A stretch of 64,000 nucleotides of DNA from Eledone cirrhosa (lineage: Eukaryota): NCBI GenBank assembly GCA_964016885.1, contig OZ024759.1, positions 36,332,001 to 36,396,000 of the forward strand. The letters are read 5' to 3'. Position numbers and translations under genes: made by a program. Position 1 is the first letter of the stretch. Each line of letters starts with the position of its first letter. The notes under the pieces were generated by a model, which had not been told where the DNA came from, did not search any database, and saw only the letters and a program-made list of their open reading frames with translations. Below, piece by piece: positions 55,326 through 64,000 of the stretch.

Positions 55326-56253
55326 AATAATAATAGTAGAAGTAGTAGTAGTAATTTTGCAGCATCCCCCACCCCTGCCCCCTCCTGTAATGTCATGGGT
55401 GGGGGCTGTTAACACGCAAACTTTTAATACTGTTTTGTCCAAGACACCAACATTTCTTTAAAACCCAGCTCCAAGCTGCAACAAAGTGAACGTGTGTGTT
55501 TATATATGTATGTATATGTGTGTGTGTTTATGTGTGGATATATGTGTTTATGAATGTATATGTGTGTGTGTATGTTTATGTATAGATATGTGTGTATGTG
55601 TATGTATAGATATGTGTATATGTATGTTTATGTATGGATATTTGTGTATATATGTATGTTTATGTATGTATATGTGTGTGTGTATGTGAAGAGGTGTTCA
55701 TGTATTTGCATAAATGTATGTGTATATGTGTATATGGAGCATGCATGTATTTGCATACCTGTGTGTAGTGTGCGTGTATTTGCATACATGTGTGTGTTTG
55801 TGTGTGTGTACACCACAAGTATGTGGAAACTGAAATATACCAAAGAAAACAAATAACGCCATTTGTTTTTCGTGTTTTTCACATTTTAACCAACATGGAA
55901 AAGTCGACGGTGGAAAAAATACTAAAATTAAACCTCTGCAAGGTTTAGTTTTATATAAATATAATCACAAATTTGAAAAATTTGAATTTTAAAAATATAA
56001 ATCAAAAACCAATGAGGGAGCATTGATGTGATCAGATGGCTTGCTAGAAATAAAAACCAAATGTCCCTAAAATTATAATTTACCGTCATTGGCAACAAAA
56101 AAAATCAGTGTTGTATTCTGACATGAATTATTGATCACAGGGTTGGCTTAACCCTTTAGATACCGAAACCAACCAAAGACACGTGTTCTATGGTACAGAA
56201 CTGTTTGTTTTATAGTGCCTATGTTTATCTAAAAACCTTCCATTATAACTTAA

Positions 56254-56462
56254 CCCTTTAGCATTTAAACCAGGCTGTATCCGGCCAAAATTCTCTCACC
56301 TCTTTATGTTCAAACCAGCTGTAACTGGCCACTCATACTGACATTAAGGTATTGTTCTTAAAATAACTAATATCAAAATCTCATAGATTCAATATTATGC
56401 GAGATAAAGCCTTTACTGTGAAAATATAACAGTAAATATAGAGTAATGTAAATGCTAAAGAA
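56254..56462. mobile_element. piggyBac-like MITE
   Basis: TTAA|CCCTTTAGCATTT...AAATGCTAAAGAA|TTAA. Confidence 0.75.
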
Positions 56463-57200
56463 TTAAAGGTTCTTACATATAATTATGTTCCAAACACCAG
56501 CTTAATAATGATATGGAGAGTTATATTACTAAATCCATCAAAATTCTTGATTATTTTCTAAATTATTACAAAACACAGGCAGTTTCCTTTAGAAATATCA
56601 TAAAGAAAAGGCTAAAGAGTTTATATTTATCTAAAAACCTTCCATCATAATTTTATGTAAGAACCTTTGTTAAGTTATCCAAACACCAGTTTAATTATGA
56701 GAAAATTAGTTATGTTACTAAAATCTCTCCAAATTCTTGATTATTTTCAAAATAATTTCAAAATCAGAGACAATATCTTTCATTAGAAATATGGCAATGA
56801 AAGAGTTAGAAAATAATTCAGAAACTACAGAGGGAGCAGTCATACGTTGAAATCATACTAGTCCGCAATAAACTGTAGATCACATTGATCATAAAGCCTG
56901 TTAAACCCGGGTTGACCTAGGGCTAAACAACAAACAAACACTTTAATTCATGATAAATGCAGCCTCTTGACACCAAGAAACTAGTGACACTTCTGTCATA
57001 TATCATCATCACCATATATATATATATATATATATATATCAATGGCGGTGCCCCAGCATGGCCTCGGCCAGATGGCTGGGACAGGTAAAAGAGTATATAT
57101 ATATATATATTGTATTCCACCTGGTTGTGGTGGGGGCTGATAATGTTGTTACAACTCAATATGTCCTTGGAAAGGACACATTGTTCTATGAACAAACACA

Positions 57201-57247
<47 letters not shown>

Positions 57248-58259
57248 TATACATATATAGTTTAATATCTGAAATGATCCCGATATGGGGATCATCATTA
57301 CTAAATTGACTTTCAGAAATATTCAAAGAGTTAGTGGCTTGCTCCATCTTTGCTACGGGTTGCCATGGTAGTGCAGTACTTCCAGGGTTCAGCCCATATA
57401 GAACACAAACACACACACACACACACACACATTTATTTCTGCCAAGAATTGCAGCCAACAGGTCTCAGCAATCGAAAGACCAATGGAAACATGGTTTTAA
57501 ATATATATATTTTTTTTAAGTCCGATTCTTTGTTTTCTATTCTTTTACTTTGTTATTTTTCTTAATTTTTCTGTCTTTCCCAATAAAGAACTGTGACAGT
57601 TAGTTACATTACTAAATTCTTCCAAATTCTTGATTATTTTCAGAATTATTTCTAAAAATATGGGCAGCATCTTTCATTATAAATATGATAATGAAAGGGC
57701 TAATTGTAAAGCAGTTACTACATTTTTAGAAATAGCGGGGGAGGGGGTCTGAACCAAAGAAATTAAAATTACTCCACAGCCTCCCCACTGAAAAAATAAA
57801 AATTTTTTTTAAATTCAAAGTATGGAAAATAGCAACATACTTTTTAAATTAGCTTCCAGAAATAAGGGGTTTTAAGGAAAATATCATAAAATTTCAGGGA
57901 GTAGGAATTGGGGAGAAAATAAAATCAAAAAGTCTTTAAAAAAAATGAAAAATAAAAGCAAGACCTCAACAGAATGTTCAGTTAAGTATTAGTGGCTTCC
58001 TCAATTTCTTTGGTAGAATACACGCAAGTACTTCCTGTAGTGATGCAACAAAGAGAGAGGCAGATATATATATATAGAAAGAGAGACAGACTAAGGTGTA
58101 TACTCGTGTATGTTTAAGTCATACATCCATTTTGTTTTTTTACACGTTTACAATGTACCATATTTTCGAATTGAGGTTTTGTAGGTCCAGTTTAGTTTTC
58201 TGCATCGTATTTCTTGTTTATAAAAACAAACAAACAAAAAAATGTTCATGAGTGTATAT

Positions 58260-58321
<62 letters not shown>

Positions 58322-58412
58322 TAAGTATTCTCGTAGAAAAGGTGCAGGAAAGAAGCGTGCTCTATGTATAGTACAGAGCTATTTAATTATGCAATAAACA
58401 ACACAATATAAT

Positions 58413-58486
58413 TATTCCATTACCAAAGGTTTCACTAAACTAGACGATCGTTACAGAAACGTCCAGTCAGTTCATCAGATGAAATA
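58413..58486 (-). ncRNA. Type I hammerhead ribozyme, apparently intact
   Basis: TATTTCAT-CTGATGA-ACTGACTGGACG..CGTCTAGTTTAGT-GAAA-CC TTT GG-TA-ATGGAATA: 8-bp stem I, ~12-bp stem II, GUA site. Confidence 0.8.
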
Positions 58487-58684
58487 GTTGAAAAAAAATA
58501 TATATACATATATATATACACACGCATGCGTTGTATATACTTGTGTATAAACCTCGCCTCCATTTTTACATCCATGTTTACAATGCACCATATATTTGGA
58601 ATTGAGGTTTCGTACGTCCAGTAGATAAATCACATCGCTTTACACCAATTATTTACATGGCGAAAGAGGCAACTTACATATGAG

Positions 58685-58745
<61 letters not shown>

Positions 58746-58782
58746 GTTATTCTATATTAATTTATTCATAATACAAGTATAA

Positions 58783-58990
58783 CTCTTTAGCATTTAAACT
58801 GGCTGTGTCCGGCCAAATTTCTCTCACTTCTTTCTGTTCAAACCGGTCATAGCCGGCCACTCATACTGATGTTAAGGTATTGTTCTCAAAATAAATAATA
58901 TCAAAATCTCATAGATTCGATATTATGTGAGATAAAGCCTTTTCTGTGAAAATACAACAGTAAATATAGAGTAATGTAAATGCTAAAGGG
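58783..58990. mobile_element. piggyBac-like MITE (same family)
   Basis: CTCTTTAGCATTT...AAATGCTAAAGGG|TTGA; internal sequence matches the 56254 copy. Confidence 0.75.
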
Positions 58991-59339
58991 TTGACTGACT
59001 GGCTGTTCAAAAGAGTTGTGAACAGCCAGTCGGTGAAACTTGTATTGCAATTAACTGCCTTTATTGATATAAAATAAAATGTTTGCAAACTGTAAGACAT
59101 ATACCAGCATATATACATATATATATGAAGAGCCAAAGGAGGAGGGGGGGGGGGGCAGATATGAAGTGTGGGTTTTTTTTCTTTGTGAGTTTGTTTTGTT
59201 GTTTGTTTTTATCTAGTTATCACAGATTAAAATTGACAGTTTTACTACAATAATTGGTGGAGCACAGCAGCTGGACCGGTTAAGAGCCAAAATATATATA
59301 TATATATATATATCATCATCGTTTAACATTCATTAAACG

Positions 59340-59375
<36 letters not shown>

Positions 59376-60659
59376 AATGAAAAAAAGAGAAATTTTTATT
59401 TCTTCTTTCTTTTTCTTTTGAAATGTTTTTGAAAAGGTTTTTTTAATGTCCATCATCATCATCATGAAACATCATCATCATCATCATCATCATCAGAGGA
59501 GCATGAGTAAGGGTCGGAAACGTTTGGGGAGGTGTTTGCTGTCAGCGAAAACATTATGCAGGATTCTTAAAGTTGTTCAACAGAAATCATTGGCACCAAA
59601 GTTTCATGGAGCTGGAAGAATGGTAAAATGGTGGAAAGAAAAGAAAAAAAAAAAAAGATACATTTTTTTAAACAAATTTTTTTTTACAATTTTGAAGATA
59701 AATATTTTGAAAGTGATATTTAAGAGAAAAAAGAAAAAAGTTTTTTTTTCCTTTAGAGAGGAGTTGAATGCTGGTTTTACAGATTTTACAGGCAAAACAA
59801 ACCAGCAGGAGACCCAGGGGTAGACCCCAAGTAAGATAGTTGGATAACATATATGAGCTTGGCTGGTCTTGCTTGGGGTTCCAGCCAGATCAGTTGATGA
59901 TAGTTGCTTCTGACAGGACCTGTGGAAAGAGTGTTTGAGGGCTCTGTCCTCACGACCTTCTCAAAACGAAGTATATATATATATATTATTATTTCATCAA
60001 CTTTTTTAGGTTTCATTTGGAAAATAAGGTGCAGGTGGAGAGGGAAGTACTTCCCCCCAAGCAAGAATAGCCCATGTCAATGGGCCTGCACCTGTAGACT
60101 GGCTAATTTGAGGAGGAGGGTGGTGCCCCTGAAGCAATGGCAGGTGGTTCAGGATTGGTGGCGTACCTGTGTCGTCCTTCGGTGGTTATCTTCCCTATTG
60201 GGGAATTTTCATTGTTGTATTTTTCTTGTTATTTTGTTAGTTATTTTTTACACGTTATATATGTAAACCCTCAACACTGTCCCTGTCTATTGTATTGTTC
60301 CCTATATGTCGGTCCTTGTGGCTAATAAAGAAATAATAATAACTATTATTATTATATTCATATATCCAATCAAGTACTGTTTTGGTCTGTGGTTGTGTAC
60401 ACATCATAAATACAGGTGTGACGTTAGAATTTCAAGGGGAGACAAACAGAACCATTTCATTAGGATTATCTCTCTTGGTTCACAACAAAATTCTAAATGC
60501 TTCTGATTTCAATAATAATAATGAAAATCATTGTGTACAGTGCTCAGGTGCACAACTCATCAATTTTGCATGTATAGTACATGGAATAATGTACAAATGT
60601 CAGGAAAGTGAACAGTGTATGAGTCTTGATATACATATATATATATATATATATATATG

Positions 60660-60886
60660 AGTGTATGTGGAGGGGAATATTAGGTGTAGTGTTGGCGAAT
60701 TTCAGGAAGCATGGAAGTTTTGAAGGATGCAGTGTCCCAACAGCTAACAACTGATGCAGGTAGTTTGTCCCATGCTTTGGCAAATCTGAATGTGAAAAAA
60801 TGTTTCCAAAAGTCATGGGAGCTGTGCTGCTTTCTGATTTGGTAAGCATGACCTCGGCTGTTAGACATATGGAATTCACAAAGGTG
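60660..60886 (-). mobile_element. CR1-type LINE 3' end
   Basis: SRGHAYQIRK...KHFFTFRFAKAWDKLPASVV...SFK is typical of the CR1 ORF2 C-terminus. Confidence 0.8.
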
Positions 60887-61232
60887 CCCAGGGAAGCACA
60901 ATGTTAAATTCAAGCAATTAAATTAACAAACCAACCTCTCTCTCTCTCTATTGAAGGGATAGGGAAAGTCAAATCAATCCTAGTGTGTTACGGGTACTTT
61001 CATCAACCCTTTAAAGATGAAAGACAAAGCATGTTGTCCGATGCTCTACCGATACTGCAAAAAAGATTCTCTAACCTGCAGTTAAGTTTTTACCGTTTAA
61101 TGGTCTGATTGGTCTGAAATAATTCCATGTTTGTGTATGTATGTATGTGTGTGTGTATAGAGAGAGACTCTGCAGTGTTGAGACTGAGGAAACCACTAAC
61201 AATGGGAGTACTCAATACATGGGTTTAGAGAT

Positions 61233-61295
61233 AAATCCTTGAAAAGGCTTGTTGAACACACAAGCCGAAACCGCTTGGCACTGCAATCAGGATTT
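61233..61295 (+). ncRNA. Degenerate hammerhead motif
   Basis: AAATCC-TTGAAAA-GGCTTGT..ACAAGCC-GAAA-CCGC..GCAA-TC-AGGATTT; a related 3' half lies at about 52520-52545. Confidence 0.45.
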
Positions 61296-61298
61296 TAC

Positions 61299-61361
<63 letters not shown>

Positions 61362-61367
61362 TGTATG

Positions 61368-61398
<31 letters not shown>

Positions 61399-61553
61399 GT
61401 AAGTATCGTGGCAGTGTAGGAGGGATAAAATTAATGTATTCCACAGCAAGTGACTTGATCTGAGACCATGTGTTGTAAAGTAAAGCAATTGCATTGTGTA
61501 GAGTCACTTCAGCCATTCAAAAACCCACAAAATCTAAGATCAAGTTACTTGAC

Positions 61554-61596
<43 letters not shown>

Positions 61597-62350
61597 ATTC
61601 CAAAGTTTAAAGAAACAAAACAAAAAACACATTTTTTTTTCAAATAAATAGAATGAGATGCTACAAAATCATTTTGTGAAAAAATTTGTTAATTTATTAC
61701 ATGAGCAAGAGGAAATTGTTATAGCGGTGAACATACAAAGAAGAAAACGTATATTAGTTGTTTTATAAGGGGTGAGAATCAGACACACCTCAGATGGCTG
61801 TTAGAAATGAAGCTGGGGGAGAGGGAAGAACAACAAATAGGTACATTTTTAGAAACATAAAATAAGGTGTTGGAATTTATTTAAAGCATCGATTTAGTGT
61901 TTTGTTTAAAAGAATTTAAATTTAAAAAAAAAAAATGGTAGCTTAAGAGAAACAAAAATATACAGCTCCAAACAAGATTGCTTCTTTTATTTTTTTTTTT
62001 TTTTTTATGAAAGGATTTTTTCCTCGAAATATAAGTTGACATCCCTACATTATATTTCATGTTTTATTTTTAACATTTACCATTCAATTCACATTGTGGT
62101 AGACTTTAAACAAAACACTAAAAGAAAACATTGTATATTAGTTGTTTTATAAGGGGTGAGAGACAGACAGACCACGAGTGGCTGTTAGAAATGAAGCTGG
62201 CGGAGGGGAGAACAACAAATTGGTATATTTTTAAAAACATAAAATAAAATAAAGGTGTTGGAATTTGTTTGAAGTATTGATTAGAGTGAAGAAAATAGTG
62301 TTTTGTTTGAAGGATTTCAAATTAAAAAAAAAAAGAAAATGGCAGCTTAA

Positions 62351-62567
62351 CCCTTTAGCATTTAACCTGGCTGTATCATCATCAACCGACCAGAATTCTC
62401 TCACCTCTTTCTGTTCAAATCAACCATAAATGGCTGCTCATACTGATGTTAAGTTATTGTCCTCAAAATAAATTATATCAAAATCTCTTAGATTCAATAT
62501 TATGTGAAATAAAGTGTTTACTGTGAAAATATAATAGTATATATAGAGTAATGTAAATACTAAAGGG
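62351..62567. mobile_element. piggyBac-like MITE (same family)
   Basis: TTAA|CCCTTTAGCATTT...AAATACTAAAGGG|TTGA. Confidence 0.75.
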
Positions 62568-64000
62568 TTGAGAGACACAAAAAATATAAAGAAATATAAG
62601 GACCTATAAGGATCTGCAAGGTAAACACCTCACAACATAATATTTTATGTTATATTTTAAACAAAACACTATTTTATATAAAATATGTTAGTATGGTTGT
62701 TGACATTAGGGATGAGATTTAGGATTTTTTAAATATTTTTCTGTTGTTTTAATCACACACATTCACAAACATGCTTACTTTCCATGAAGTTGGACACCCC
62801 TCAGAGGGATTTTGCTCACCCACCATATTCAGACAGCAAAAACTATTTGTGTGTATAATTATATATATAAATACAAACACACACATATATTGAGTGCTCT
62901 CCTCAAGCATTTTCACCTTACTCTTCATATATATATGACCCTCCCCAAGTATAATAATACATATATATCATCGTTTAACGTCCATCTTCCATGCTAGCAT
63001 GGGTTAGGCGGTTTTGTTCCATTTGATGCGAGAATGGTCGGGAGACTATGTCTCGCTCACACGGAAGCATCTCTGGCAGGTTTTTTTTACAGCTGGATGC
63101 CCTTCCTAACACCTATACATTAAAACATAAGTGAGTGTGTGTGTATGTATATATATGTGTATATACACATACGCATACATACTTAAAAATTGGCAGCTTT
63201 TTTTGTATTATAGAATCAACCAGAGGACTGTACCTGTAATTCAAAAGGCCAGCCTTGTCACGCGTTCTTTGTTACATTGAATGTCCCCAAGAATTTTGTT
63301 ACGGGTACAACAGTTTATGGAATACTCAACCACTTAATAATATAAGATAGACTGTACCTGTAATTCAAGGGTCAGCCTTGTCATACACTGTGCCATGCTG
63401 AATCTCCCTGAGAATTACTTAAGGGTACACGTGTCTTTGAACACACCTCATACTATCAAAACATAAATAAGGCTACATAGTTCTTACATTTCCCCCTCCA
63501 TACACAAAATCTTAAGGGTGCAGTAAAATTCCTTTCCTCCTCGTAACATGTTTTACAAATGTTGACCTGGTGTTCCTGAAGAATTAGGGGCAACTTTCGG
63601 ATGAGAAATACAGGGGGAGGGGGTCAGTATCAACCTGTTGACAACCTACCCAACTCTTGCTAGCAAGGAGAGCAAACTTTAAATAATGATGATGATGATA
63701 ATAATGCGACAATGGCCAGATATTAGCTCAAGATAATAATTGTTTCTATTTTGGGGACAAGGCCAGCAATTATCCCAGTATATTACTGGTACTTTATTTT
63801 ATCGACCCCATAAGGGTGAAAGGCAAATTAGCTCAAGATCCAACTATAATCATTGACATTCAAGGACATGGAGTGCCTATACCAAACGGTGTAGGCTTGC
63901 GGCCTACGACCACCTGAGAGATCACAGCTCTGATACTATGGACATGTGGTTAGAATGTCTCAGGAAAGAATCACTGGACAGATTTTACAGGCAAAACTAA

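Noticed and set aside
61735-62350. Two similar ~220-bp blocks about 385 bp apart (also 42965-43170)
   Set aside because: Ordinary local duplications with no coding or structural signal.

Overview
Eukaryotic (animal) genomic DNA: very AT-rich, dominated by (TA)n/(CA)n/(CAT)n microsatellites, tRNA-derived SINEs, RTE/CR1 LINE 3' fragments and MITEs. This landscape resembles octopus genomes (inference only). Almost all ORF-track entries are microsatellite artefacts. Supported genes: an intronless MECR CDS (36308-37429, +); a 10-exon OSCP1 gene (50903-42693, -) whose exons I joined by hand through GT-AG sites into a 384-aa frame; and a disabled HIRIP3-like exon (about 40950-39140, -). A ~17.5 kb satellite array (about 3430-20935) contains a 200-N gap, a ~2036-bp higher-order duplication and an in-sequence inversion. 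The most striking unannotated signal is more than a dozen type I hammerhead ribozyme motifs from several sequence families. Some are intact, one has a compensatory U3:A8 core, and many sit in fold-back palindromes within (TA)n tracts. They are consistent with Penelope-like/retrozyme remnants. All folding was done by eye and none was computed.
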